A DNA stretch of 64,000 nt, taken from Eledone cirrhosa (taxonomy: Eukaryota). Shown here in pieces: positions 1-11,999 of this stretch. Position 1 is the stretch's first letter. The number at the start of each line of letters is the position of its first letter. The translations under genes were made by a program, and so were the position numbers. Under the pieces are notes generated by a model, which was given only the letters and a program-made list of their open reading frames with translations, had not been told where the DNA came from and did no database searches. The stretch spans positions 157,852,001 through 157,916,000 of the forward strand of contig OZ024741.1 of NCBI GenBank assembly GCA_964016885.1. Reading direction: 5' to 3'.

Positions 1-2350
1 GCAGTATTCTTCTGTCGAGGCTGCATTGTGTGAGATCTGCCTATGGGTAACAAGATAGCCGCCAATGGACATATTTACCTTACTAATTAGAGGGCGGTTT
101 CAGGGGAAGTAACTCCTTGAGAGATTAGAAATTGTGGGTAGTTTATAGTTAAGTGCTAATTTTTTAATTTTTTAATTGAGACAATGTAAGGGAGGTAACT
201 TATAATTATCTAAGTTAGTTATAGCTATTTAACTTATTAGCTACAAGTAAAAATGGGGCTAGATGACTGTTGGGTCAAATATTCTGTTGGCGAAAGGAAT
301 TAGCCCTTCGATGTTGACAGCTAATAGTTACCTCCGTTCTATCGTTAATCGGTAGAGGTCATGATAGTTATGTAATATGCTTCGGTAAGACAGAGGTCAC
401 AAGATTTTCTTCGTCTCTTGAACGGTTGGGCCCTAGCCAAGATATCCCATGTTAGTGAGTGTTCAATGTTGGTTAATTTAAGGTTTTTAATGAGCCTAGC
501 TAGAGATGTCGAACATCTGTTGTTAGGGTCTCGGAAGGAAAAAGAATGCGCGTTATAGCGTACCTTAAAAGGGTTAGAGGTAGACCGGATATAGGAGCTG
601 GTATGTGAAGCAGTTTTAACCGTGCACCTATAGACTATGTTGGGTGTCAGGCAATGTCCATTTAGTGGGCATGCATTGGGGTAACGGCATTTGCAGTTAC
701 TTCTGCGGTTAGTGAGAGTAGGGTTGTTTAACCTAAGCAGTTGGTCAGTGTTAGAAGGATTAGATGGGGGAGGTGTGCTACTAGAGTAAGTATTGGTGTA
801 TTTGATGTGGGTGGTGGTACCGCGGTGTGGGAGTTATACTGTCTTAGTTTATGATGGTTACTGAATGCGATGTGGATAGCTAGGTTAGGTGTTGTGGAGA
901 ATGTTATTTTTATTAAAGAGTTTGTAATATCTATGGTTGGGGGGAAAATGTTTAGATAGGATAGAGAAGAAGCGTTTAGGGATATTAGTGGCTAGATTAG
1001 ATGAGAATGGAGGGTTAAGCCAGGTGATATTTCTAGGCCTATTCCTTCTAGGGGTTTTAGTGGAGTTGGTAGGGGCCTTCATAGGGTTATTATTACCTGG
1101 GCATTTGTTATTTGTCATCCCATTGCTCATTCCTATTCTAGGGTTGATTTTTAGTTTGCTACTTGGAGTGGGAGGGAGGCCACTGCCACCATTAAGGTTC
1201 CCTGTATAAGTGCTGTTACTGCTAAAATTCTGGCGAATCTGGCTATATGCTAAGGTATTTCTAGTTCTCGTGTTACGTTTATTATGGTTGTGGTGAATTG
1301 CTGCTGTGTTATGGCATTTAGGTATGTAGTAAATGGACTGTTCATAACCAGATTCAGAAAGAGCCTTATTATAATATGCTGCATCATTTATAAATATCTC
1401 CTCATTTGCTGATAGCATGGAGATCCTATACGAGATAGATTTGGTTACTGTTCTGATGGCTGCCGGTGGGTGGTTAGAGTATGGGCTAATATATGTAAGT
1501 ATTTCACCTGGTTTATGGTAAGGGTAATCAGGGTAACGTCTAGGAAGTTTACTACTTTATGGTTCGGCTCGATGGTGATAGAGAGACCGTTATTTTTAAA
1601 GAATCTATGTAATTTTTTTTGAGCAAGTCAATGCCTCGATTAGTGCAATTGTGGACTGCAAATAGGGCGTCGTCCCTGTATATTCCGCCTTGCAAGGGTT
1701 GGATTTCGGCTCTGATGTTATGTAATAGGTAAATTCCAACTAAATCGGTGATTTGCGCAGAGTCTCTTGAGCCCATCGTGATGTCAAAGTTGTCTGTTCT
1801 GTCTTTTCTAGTCCAGAGTGCTCCGTTGAATTCAATGATGGTCTGCCTAGCCATAAGTATGATGTCAATCTCATTATTGGTTATGTCAGAGTTGGTGCTG
1901 GCTAGAGTTAATGCTTTGTTGAGCAGTTCCGTGGTTATTGAAGCGTAATAGCTGTCAATGTCAAATTGGATGAACCTCATAGATTCCAATCTTTTAATAA
2001 TGTCTTCCTTGTGAAATTTGTGGTCTTGTTTTGCTTAACTAATGAATAGTTCCAGCTGTGTGCACCTAAACTCTGCATGAACCCAGCCATCTAGCTGCTT
2101 TCCACTGCATATTGCACATTGAACACATGCCTTTACGCTTTGGCTTCTAACTAATTCACCAATCTCTCCTCTCATATCTCCATCTCTCTCTTTAAGATTG
2201 ACGTTTTTCGTATTCGTCTTATTCGGGAAACCTCTGGTAATGAGGTAATTATATTGTATTGTTTATTATACATTAAATTTTGCTCTGGTACTTACATAGA
2301 GCACTCTTCACTCCTATGACTTTTTCAATTTTCAACGGAAACTTCAATAC
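1..2350 (-). mobile_element. Penelope-like retroelement (degraded; RT, thumb/linker and GIY-YIG endonuclease)
   Basis: ORF 1552-1989 has PLE RT motifs (FDIDSYYASI, ITMGSRDSAQITDLVGIYLL, IYRDDALF). ORF 885-1418 has RNITWLNPPFSSN...F..ILSKHFP. Manual minus-strand translation of about 300-710 gives CKCRYPNACPLNGHCLTPNIVYRCTV...SYI.STSNPFKVRYNAHSFSF...LTWDIL...CDLCLTE, a Cys-rich linker plus GIY-YIG domain. Frameshifts and stops are present; outer boundaries are approximate. Confidence 0.9.
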
Positions 2351-2351
2351 T

Positions 2352-2389
<38 letters not shown>

Positions 2390-2863
2390 TATATACATAT
2401 ACACACACACATACTTGTGCAGGTGTATAATGTGTTTGTGCATATAACATTGTGTTATACGCACATGTTTATAGGACAGTTCTTTTGTGGTGTGTTTTGC
2501 TGATCACTACTGCCACTACTACCATTACTACTACTACCACCACCACCACCTACTGCTGTGGTAATAACCTGTTTTCTCTTTTATCAAAAGAAATGCAATA
2601 CTATATATATGATTATTTAATTTACTTGTGTGTGTGGGGGGGGGGGGGTTAGAAGCAGCGGTGGTTGTAGTTGTGATCGTGATGGCCATAGTAATATTTG
2701 TAGCGGTAGGTAGTGTCTGTGGTGGAGAGGGATTCTCTGAAGGGATATGTGGGAGGAGGGGGAGGGGTATTTCTGGAAGACTGGATAGGACCAGCAGATA
2801 TTTCATACACAAAACCTATATAAAGTAATTACCTTATTTTAATCTCAGTACTAAGTGAGAAAA

Positions 2864-2910
2864 CGTTACTGATGATGGATTAGAAAATCCAGAAACTCTA
2901 GTGTCAGGAG
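2864..2910 (+). ncRNA. Minimal hammerhead ribozyme motif (stem I degenerate)
   Basis: CTGATGA (2869-2875), stem II TGGATT/AATCCA, GAAA (2892-2895), then C-TCTAGT-GTC with a GUC cleavage triplet at 2903-2905. Stem I does not pair well. Confidence 0.55.
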
Positions 2911-3075
2911 TTCTCACATGGTTATTGAGAAAGCTGTGACATGGTCACATCTTAAAACATTAGCAGCATGACTTGTATATGTTTATTATACATAAGTATA
3001 TCGTATATGGCTTCATATACACCTTTATGGACCACACTATGTTAGTGCTATTGTTAATATATATGTGTATATATG

Positions 3076-3106
<31 letters not shown>

Positions 3107-3506
3107 CTGAGGAACTTCTGATTCCAGAGTCAGGATCAATCATTAATCGATCGTTCCTCGAGCTGATTGACAGTGAAACATATATAATATGTAATTAAAT
3201 ATGTATATGATGCAACACTGATTCTTTGTTCCTTTATATATCATTATTATTGATACTCTGCTCACCACGAGCATCAAGTGCTCATCTTGACATACCGCCT
3301 ACGGATGCAAATAATTTGCACCTCTAATACCTATATATATATAGTAATAAAAATATTTATATTTATTTGATACAACTATAAATATGCAGGGTTAAGTACT
3401 AGCAGGTTACCAGTATGACAAAAAGCTCAATGCAAATTTTCAAGTGTTTTACAGAGCCGAGATACAAAGTGTTAAAACGATCAAATTTTAGTTTAGAACA
3501 TTTATT

Positions 3507-3553
3507 TGCTGACAATTGTTTCTTCCAGAGGGAAGTCTGGAATCATCGGAGCA
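3507..3553 (-). ncRNA. Minimal type I hammerhead ribozyme motif (Penelope pLTR type, U4C variant)
   Basis: Minus strand reads TGCT-CCGATGA-TTCCAGA-cttccc-TCTGGAA-GAAA-CAATTG-TC-AGCA: 4-bp stem I, 7-bp stem II, palindromic stem III (ACAATTGT) and a GUC site. Confidence 0.7.
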
Positions 3554-3701
3554 TAGGGAATGTCGAAACATGTGACTAAAATTCAAGCAGAACATCTTTT
3601 TAACTCCTGACTCTCCACATGTTACCTATGACACTAACAACAATTATGTACCCTAAATGTTCTAAACTAAAATTTGATCGTTTTAACACTTTGTATGTAT
3701 G

Positions 3702-3736
<35 letters not shown>

Positions 3737-3802
3737 CAGATAGGATGTGGTAAAAACTAGGTAGACCATAACCCACCAGACTATTTGGGGTCCTGACTCT
3801 TT

Positions 3803-3839
<37 letters not shown>

Positions 3840-3899
3840 CATATACTGTACCGATTGTGTTATTTCTGTTTACCTTTTATATACATATATATATCTATA

Positions 3900-4954
3900 T
3901 ATATATATATATATACATTGTTAAAGAATGAAGATTAGCATGGTTGGCTGTACAATAAGGGCTTTATTCAAAGTACTGACAATTGTTTCGTTGATCATGT
4001 AGGTCTAGAGTTCGCTAATCGCTTGAGGTTGCGTTATTTGATCTCCAATACATTATTCACCTCTGATCAACACATCAGAGTACGTAGATATGAAAGTAAT
4101 TCACTTGAGGCAAGACTTATATAGAAAAATAGTGTATAATTAAAACAATAACATCAATAATAAAATAGCGTATAATCTAAACAATAACATCAATAATAAT
4201 ACATGTATGGTAAATAGGTAGAGAAGTTACAGATGTAAAAAGTAAAATATAAGATAGCGTACATTAAAAAGTAAGAAAAAGAGAGAATGGAAAATATAAA
4301 GAGATAAACAAATAAATAGGTGAGAGCGTGTAAGTACATAGTAGTAGTTTTTGAGTAAGTGTTCTTATAAGGATTCGTTGGTGGGAAACTTGATTCAAGA
4401 TGTACATAGATACGTTTAGAGGGTCCGATAAAAGAGACAATAAATTAGAGATTAATTGCTGGATGCATTTATGGGCTAGGGATGACGAGATATTTGATAA
4501 ACGCTTGTTGTAAATGTTTTGCTGATTGTTCTATCTTAATGGGGTTGATGCTGTTTCAGGGAGAGAGGGTGAAAGAAATGTTCAGAGATTTATGATCCAG
4601 TGACCAGTTGGCCGTTTGATAGCTAATAGCAGTGTGATGGTGTGTATTCTATGTTAAAATCTAGGTGGTTCAGTACTAATTTTGGAATTGCTGGTTCAAT
4701 TCATGGTGGTTTAAAGTTTGTGAATCTAGTAGCTATTTTATGTCTACAGAAAATAGATCTTTCTATTTTGCTGTTAAGCAGCATCCCATCGTACCTTAAA
4801 AAATGTAGTAGTTCTAAATTACAAAGCCCGCAGTGGGACATACCGTTGCTGTAGGCTTTTGCTACTTATAATTTTGACCAGCTAATCTTATATTTTAGGT
4901 TTCTGTCCTTAAGCTGCCAGATTTTATTGGCGAGCGTCGTAGAGTTCACCAGTG

Positions 4955-4957
<3 letters not shown>
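3900..4957 (-). mobile_element. Penelope-like element 3' fragment (GIY-YIG C-terminus plus 3' region/pLTR)
   Basis: Manual translation of about 4700-4955 (minus) gives NSTTLANKIWQLKDRNLKYKISWSKL*VAKAYSNGMSHCGLCNLE.../LLNSKIERSIFCRHK, typical of the PLE endonuclease tail. The hammerhead lies downstream and (TA)n flanks the fragment. Confidence 0.8.
3973..4083 (-). ncRNA. Minimal type I hammerhead ribozyme motif with long loop II (A9U variant)
   Basis: Minus strand reads GTACT-CTGATGT-GTTGATCA-(66 nt)-TGATCAAC-GAAA-CAATTG-TC-AGTAC: 5-bp stem I, 8-bp stem II, palindromic stem III and a GUC site. Confidence 0.7.
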
Positions 4958-4999
<42 letters not shown>

Positions 5000-5004
5000 T
5001 TCCT

Positions 5005-5497
5005 GCGCTGTGGTAAGGGTTTGGCATGGCCAACTGGCCAGTCCCTCCTCATAGCGGAGCTATACGCCATCTGACACCTGAACTGTGGGTCCGCTGTGTG
5101 AAGGGTTTGATGCGGCCAACTGGCCTGTCCCTCCTCATAGCGGTGCCATCCAAAACTATGGTTACGCTATGAGAAGCGTTTGTCACAGCTGAATGGCCAA
5201 TCCCCCCTGATAGCGGTGTCATGTGACACCTGAACTGAGGGTCTGCTGTGTGAAGGGTTCAGTGTGGTCAACTGGCCTGTCCCTCATCATTTAGCAGTGC
5301 CACCCAGTTCCAAGCTCCCGGACTGTGATTCTGCTGTGAGGTGGTTTCAATGCGGCCAGCTGGCCTGTCCCTCTTCATAACAATGCCAACCAGCTGTAAA
5401 ATCCCCTGCCAAATTCCCAGTCTTCATTAGAGCAAGGTATGGCGTGGCCAATTCTGGCCAACAGAAAAATGGACGCTAAATGGTGGTGATGATGATA
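5005..5497 (+). repeat. Degenerate GC-rich minisatellite (about 5 units of 75-90 bp) ending in an RTE-type tail
   Basis: Recurrent GGCCAACTGGCCTGTCCCTCCTCATAGCGG unit at about 5028, 5114, 5195, 5266 and 5355; ends in GGACGCTAAATGGTGGTGATGATGAT. Confidence 0.7.
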
Positions 5498-5827
5498 TGA
5501 AGTGTGTATCGTTAATTAAAAGATTTATGTTTAAATTGTTTCTATCAGTTATGAAGTACTGATAAATTCCATCATAATGATGACCATTTAATGTACTATT
5601 TAGCCTTTTTTGTTTATTATGATTCTGGTTATGATTTGTATGGTTAAGTGTATATCATTAATAATAAATCATTAGTCTACTTGTTTTTATCATCCTTCAA
5701 TATAAAGTTCTTTTAGTGGAGGTAGGCTGCACACTGAGATATAAAATTGCAAGTAGACCACATGCTAAAATGTAAATGGCCTGGTAGACCACACATTAAA
5801 ATAGCACCAATATTTTTTCCTTGACAC

Positions 5828-6578
5828 ATTAAGCCTTTTGACACCCCCAAAACTGTGCCTGGTGCTACAATACTAAGTTGTTTATTTTGATGTGTTATAT
5901 TTATTTAGAAACCTTTCATCATAATTCTATGTTCAAAACACAACTTCAACCTTTTTTATACTAAACTTCCTGAAACTGATCTGTTCTTTTTTATACTAAA
6001 CTTCCTGAAACTTTATTTTAAAACGTCCTTATTTATCTAAAATACTTTATGTAAGAAGCTTTATGTTCCAAATACCAGTTTATTAATGAGAAAGTTATAC
6101 TACTAAATCCATCTAAACTTTTGGTTATTTTTTTTAGATGGTTTTAGAATTATAGTCTTTCATTAGAAATATAGTAATGAAAAAGCTAAGGTGTTTATAG
6201 TTATCTAAAAACCTATCATAATTCTATGTAAGAACCTTTGTTAAATTATATTCCAAACACCAACTTATTAATTCTTGATTATTTCAAAATCATACGCAAT
6301 GTCTTTCATTAGAAATATAGTAACCAAAAGGTTAAACAAGAGTTGTTTTCCCTGTTAACAAAAAAAATTTTTTGGATTTAACCGTTCAGCATTTAAACCG
6401 ACTGTATTCTGCCAGAATTCTCTCACCTCTTTCTATTCAAACCAGCCATACATATGTTAAGGTATTGTTCTCAAAATAAACAATATCAGAATCTCATAGA
6501 TTCATTGTTATGTGAGGTAAAGCCTTTACCATGAAAATATAATAGTAAATATAGAGTAATGTAAATGTTAAAAGGTTA
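5828..6578. mobile_element. Cluster of piggyBac-type MITE remnants (TTAACCCTT...AAGGTTAA ends)
   Basis: Ends resemble TTAA-CCCTT / AAGG-TTAA. Segment 6378-6578 recurs at about 38224-38465 and 46337-46541. Related units occur at about 10326-10596, 38160-38603, 42884-43100, 45282-45665 and 60398-60660. Confidence 0.6.
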
Positions 6579-7807
6579 AACAAGAAATTTCAAATCCTGT
6601 TTAACACAAAACTGTATGTTCATATTAACGTTCAGTTCAACCCGAGACATTGTGTGCCACAATAGAGATCATAGTGACCTGTAGTTCCTATCTAAGCTAA
6701 CACAAACAATGATGAATACAATGATCCTTGAAACCTTAGGTATAGTATCTCAAAGAATTTATTATATATATCACACACACACACACTCACTCACTCACTC
6801 ACACACACACATGATCTATTTTTAGAAACATTGAGTGGATGTGTATTTATTGAGTTAAAAACTTCATATTTTTTTACTATGAAAAATAGTATCACAAAAT
6901 GGCCATAAAAACACCTGGCTGGGTGACGCTCTCAACTTTCTTTTCATTGATGCCCAATTTGTTAGACTAGTTTTCATAGAAAAAAATTTTTTTGAAGCTT
7001 AAAAGCCTAAAAGTAAATTTAACAAAGGCACAAGGTAAATTATGGATGCACAAGTGGTATAGTGATATTGCAAGTAGACTAACGAAAAGGATAGACTTTA
7101 TATACAGCAAAAGCACAGGGGAAGTGAGCACACATGAAATAGATTCCTAGGTAATCAAATTAGTAGTTTGGGAGGATATGCTGAAAGTATGATAATGACA
7201 GTCTGGAAGAAGTTTAGAGATCTTTAGAAGTGTTTTTGTAGAGCAATTTAGAAGAAAGAGGTTGTTTAGTAGATGTTTGTTCTTCGGGAATTATCACTTT
7301 AGCAAATAGTATATATTTGTTGGTTACAGGCTGGACTCCATGTAACCTAATACTCTTGCAAGCAGGGAAGAGCGGACGTAAAATGATGATGATGTCCTCA
7401 ACAGTGTAAAATAGCTTTTGCTCTTTATTAGTGTGTGCGTGTATGTACATATATATAGGTGAAGAAAACATACCTGTGAAATTGAAGGTTGATCCTTAGA
7501 AGCAAGAAAGGATTGAAGCGCATATCAAGGCTGTGCCGCATGGGTAACGGTCCCCAGCTTGATATGTGTGTAGCTCGTGGTTAGAGCGAAAAGAGTGAGA
7601 GAGTTGTTAGATCTCTTCTATTTATTATGCCCACAGAGAAGTAACTCGCACTCATTCTGTCTCCAGGGCAAAGGTGGCGCTAGTCGCTACAGATCTATTA
7701 CCACTGCTAACAACAAAATGCTTTTCTCTGAATGAAGTGTAGACTGTATGATGCCTGTGTGTGAATTGCAATACTACATAGCAGTGAAGCATGTGAATAT
7801 ACAATAA

Positions 7808-8451
7808 TCTATATATATAAAACTGAGGATGTCTGTGTATGTCTGTGAGTTTGAATCCCTAAAACGCGAGTAGTACCCAACTGATTTTTTTTTTTCAAAC
7901 TTTACATGTGTATTACTTATGTTTCAGGGAGTGTTATGCACATAAAAAGATTCAACTTTTTGATCCCCTGGGACCCGCATTAGGTGAAAATCTGCGTTTT
8001 TTTCCAGCTTTTTAGGGTTTTTTGAGGTGTTACATCAGACCAATTTCCTTGAAATGGTAACTATGTATTAGTCAGTCTCTTCATCATACCGTGAGCAAAG
8101 AAAATCCAACTTTTTTATGGCCTAGGGCCTGCATTAGGTGAAAAACTTCATTTTTTTCAGCTTTTTAGGGCTCTTTTGAGGCGTTACGTCTAGCTGATTT
8201 TCCCGAAATTTCAAGGCATATTATGCACATAAAAAATATTCATTTTCTTGATTCCCTAGGGCCCGCATTAGGTGAAAACCTGCATTTTTCCTGCTTCATC
8301 GAGGAAAATCTTAAAGATTATGCAGCCATCAGAGTATTCGGTTTATTTTCTTTACATATTGTCCAGACATGCAGTTTCTCCACGATTAGGTCTGTTGGCG
8401 GCCCGCGTTCCAAAATACCTTATCCCGTGCAACGCTGGGTACCACTGCTAG
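7808..8451 (+). mobile_element. Non-autonomous Helitron-like element
   Basis: 5' A|TCTATATATATAAAA; 3' GC-rich hairpin CCCGTGCAACGCTGGG followed by CTAG|T; no TSD; internal repeats (GCATTAGGTGAAAA x3). Same termini as 62547-63467. Confidence 0.8.
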
Positions 8452-8526
8452 TAGTAAATATAGTGAAACTTGTGATAACATGTTGTTTTAACATTAGAAG
8501 TAAGATCAACCTTTTTATGTTTCAAT

Positions 8527-8890
8527 ATGGCTTCTGAAAGTAGCGACACTGACTTTGAAGGTTTTACTTGTGAAGATTTACAAAATGAAGAAGAAAAAAT
8601 CGGAAAAAACTGAGTTGTCTTTGAATGAATTGGATATATATATATTTCTGAATTTTCATCTGACGATGATACTGAAAGTGAAGAAGATTTCCATGATACC
8701 ACTGAAAATATTACAGCAATGTGTTAGAAAAACACTACACCAATACATATTCCTGATTTCAGGAACAAAACTGGTCCACAACACACTCTACCTCACGATG
8801 CTCAACCACTGGATTATTTGTTTTTGTTTTTGCCATAAACTCTCTTTGAAGCTGTGGCAGAAGAGACAAATCAATATGGCAAGATTACAA
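8527..8890 (+). pseudogene. piggyBac transposase N-terminal relic
   Basis: Manual translation through stops gives MASESSDTDFEGF...SSDDDTESEEDF...IPDFRNKTGPQHTLPHDAQPLDYLFLFLP*TLFEAVAEETNQYGK. This is an acidic N-terminus followed by the P..F...GP...P.D.F.LF.....ETN.Y motif of piggyBac/PGBD transposases. Confidence 0.75.
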
Positions 8891-9049
8891 ATGTGTTGAT
8901 AACAATTGCTTATTAATATATAGAAAAATAATAGTCATATCAAAGAAATGTATATTAATTTGACTAACAACTTTAAAAAATTACTGTTGTAGTGAAATGT
9001 GTGTGTGAAATCAATATTTTGATGGTACAAGTTTACAAAAATATTTACA

Positions 9050-9646
9050 TAGACATGGCCATAGTATCTAGAATAAGGACAGGTTGGAAGAAGTTTAGGG
9101 AGCTGCTTCCTCTGCTGACGAAGAAGGGTTTCTCCCTGCGTATGAAAGGCCGGTTATATGATGCCTGTGTGAGGGAGCGCGATGCTGCATGGTAGTGAGA
9201 CTTGGGCAGCAACTGCAGAGGATATGCGACAGCTGGAGAGAAATGAGGCAAGCATGCTCTGTTGGATGTGCAATGTCAATGTGCATGAACGACCCAGCAT
9301 GGATGTGTTGAGAGAGAAACTGTGTCTAAGAGGGATAGAATGTAGTGTGCAAGAGAGGAGACTACAGTGGTATGGACATGTGATGCGCATGGAGGATGAC
9401 CGATGGGTGAAGAAGTGCCAGGAAATGCCAGTTGAAGGAAGACGTGGTAGAGATAGACCACAAAAAACATGGGTGGAGGTGGTGGGAACAGACCTCAGAT
9501 CGCTGAAGCTCATGGTGGAGATGACGAAGGACCGTGACAAGTGGAGAGGACGAAGGACTGTGACAAGTGGAGAGATGCTGTGCTGAATAAGACCCGTCTC
9601 ACCCTTACAAGCAGGGAAAAGCGGACGTAAAACGATGATGATGATG
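9050..9646 (+). mobile_element. RTE LINE 3' fragment
   Basis: RIRTGWKKFRELLPLL...MLHGSETWA...RRLQWYGHVMRM...RPQKTW, followed by a GGACGTAAAACGATGATGATGAT tail; homologous to the 3' end of the element at 14545-18735. Confidence 0.9.
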
Positions 9647-10024
9647 GCTGTACTCTGTGGTCATATTATACTCACAGATGTAATTCTTGGTATTTTAGCT
9701 TCAGAAACAGAGATTGTATAATTCTCAATCCATAATATACAAAGAAGTACAGTTCATATACATTATAGCTGAAAATTGGAGTTGTATTGTATTAGAAAAC
9801 TATTTTTCATGATTACTACAGTACTGTTGGACAAATATGTATATAGTTTAGTTAATATAAAAAATGTATCAGTAAAAAAAGTAGCAACTACTACTACATT
9901 GTAAAGTATAAATTATGTATGTATGTTTATCTCATCAAAACAAGTAATGTGTCAAATTTGAATTTCTTAACTCATCTATATATTTTTATTTCTATTTTCA
10001 TCTTTCAATCACTGTCTTTTGTAG

Positions 10025-10198
10025 TTGAACAAGTTACCTGTATGTACCCTTATGCAGCACAGAATTCTGATGAGTTGACATTCCAGAAAGATGATGTAAT
10101 CAATGTTATCAACAAAGACGACCCTGATTGGTGGAAAGGTGAACTAAATGGAATGCTTGGTGTATTTCCATCCAACTATGTCGCTGTTGCTAATTCTT
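10025..10198 (+). CDS. ITSN: Internal coding exon, SH3 domain, probably intersectin fifth SH3 (SH3E)
   Basis: Polypyrimidine tract and AG at 10023-10024; encodes [57 protein letters not shown]; GTAAGT donor at 10199-10204; phase 1/1. Closely resembles intersectin SH3E as recalled (QV..MY.Y.AQN.DEL.F.K...[22 protein letters not shown]). The SH3 call is near certain; the gene name is from recall. Confidence 0.85.
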
Positions 10199-10694
10199 GT
10201 AAGTGAAGCATATCTTCTTCCTCCCCTTTTGATGTCTGGAGTTTGGGTACCATTTCTAATATCACCTCTAATTATCTCTCCTGCACACTCCAGTTAACTG
10301 TTTATAGAACGTTTTTATAGCACATTTAACCCTTGTGTTACTAACCTGGCTGAAACAGCCCCTTGTTCTATGATATAAAACTGTTTGTTTTAAAGTGTTT
10401 GTATTCACCTAAAAACCTTCCATTGTAATTTTGTGAAAATGTTTGTTCCAAACACCATTTGTTATGCTCCAAACATCAGATAAATAATGAAAAGGTTAGT
10501 TATATTACTAAATTCCCACAAATTCTTGATTATTTTCAGAATTATTTGAAAACCGTAGGCAGTCTTTCATTAGAAATATAGTAACGAAAAGGTTAAAATA
10601 TTTATATTTATCTAAAAACCTTCCATCATAATTTTATGATAGCATCTTTATTACATTCAAAACACCAGTTTATTCATGGGAAAGTTAATTATAT

Positions 10695-10921
10695 TAAGAT
10701 TTGCTGGCCACTGCCATCGTGCCACCTATGAGGCTGTGTCCCCATTAGCGCTTTGGAAGCCACAAGCAGTCACTAATAACAGGGGGCACAAGCTCTCCTA
10801 TCCCAATGTCACCAGAGATTCTAGTATTAAAATCCAGGACTTGGCAACGGAAATGAACGACAGACCCACGTGGAGTCAATTGTTGAGTCTATTTCGGCTG
10901 AGGCCGCCAGATGATGTTGAT
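10695..10921 (+). mobile_element. Short RTE-like LINE 3' fragment nested in a MITE
   Basis: LRFAGHCHRA...ALWKP...LSYP...MNDRPTW with a GATGATGTTGAT tail; the flanking MITE sequence resumes afterwards. Confidence 0.65.
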
Positions 10922-11999
10922 ATTAAATCCCTTGAAATTCTAGATTATTTTCAAAATTATTTAAAAACCATAGGCAGTATTTTTTATTTAAAAGCTGGTA
11001 GAAAAGGGTTAATTGAAAGTTTTATTATAATTTTTACAGCACTGAAAAAAAGAACATGAATGACATGAATAAGTAAAATAAAATAGTAGGAAAGCTTGGA
11101 CTTGTCTTTGATTGGCCAAACTAACTTTGGTGAAAGGCTTTAGAGTGCCAGTCAAGGAGGGTTTTAAAAGGTTAAGAACACTGCTTCCCTCATGCTTCTG
11201 GAGAAGAAAAAAAAGAAAACAGTTTAGGTCAGAGATTTTCAAATGAGGCACTTGGTTCCCACTTGGCCAATGGTTGAACTGGAGAGGAATTCAAACTGGG
11301 AAAAAAATAATTTTCTGTGGATGGTTACCTTTCCTATTATCAACCTCTTTATTGGGTGTATTGAGTGCATTTTTTCATGGCACCAGCACTAGAGAGATCA
11401 TTGTGCTGTGACTGAAGGGTCTTTTCAACCCCTTTTGGCATAGTTTCTATGGTTAGAATCCTTCCTTAATACTAATCACTTTATAGAGTGTACTGGGTCC
11501 CTTTTATTGTGGCACTAGCACAAAGGAGACTTGGTTATTGACACAACTGAAAAATTCTATCTGACCTATAGTTGTGGGGATGTTGACTTTGGGGAATACG
11601 ATGGGTGTATATCAAATGAAATACCAATATCCCAACTATAAGGGTGATTACAAATTAACAAAAAAAACTGCTGCTTCAGAGTTAATCCTGTTTGGGACTG
11701 AACATACAATTATTGAGGTGCTGTGTCCATGATCAAAATATTTTATTTCACATTGCTCCAATCCACTCAGCTAAAAAAATTAGTTTCATCTATAATTCAA
11801 AGGCCCATCTTCATCACAACTTTACATTTCATCCTTTGTATTGCCTTTCAAATGTTGTTGGTTTTGCTCAAATCTTTCTGTAATCAACTTTGCGTTTCAT
11901 CCTTTCAAGGTCCATAAAATAACTAAGTACTGAGAATTGACCAATCAACATTATCTGTTTCCTCTTATCATAGAAAAGGTACTGACTGTAGTTATGTTA

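Noticed and set aside
937-1209. Hydrophobic 90-aa ORF resembling a membrane protein
   Set aside because: It is the antisense frame of the Asn/Pro/Thr-rich Penelope linker.
9919-10024. N-terminal part of the 95-aa ORF as a standalone SH3 protein
   Set aside because: It is the intronic polypyrimidine tract; coding similarity starts at the acceptor at 10025.
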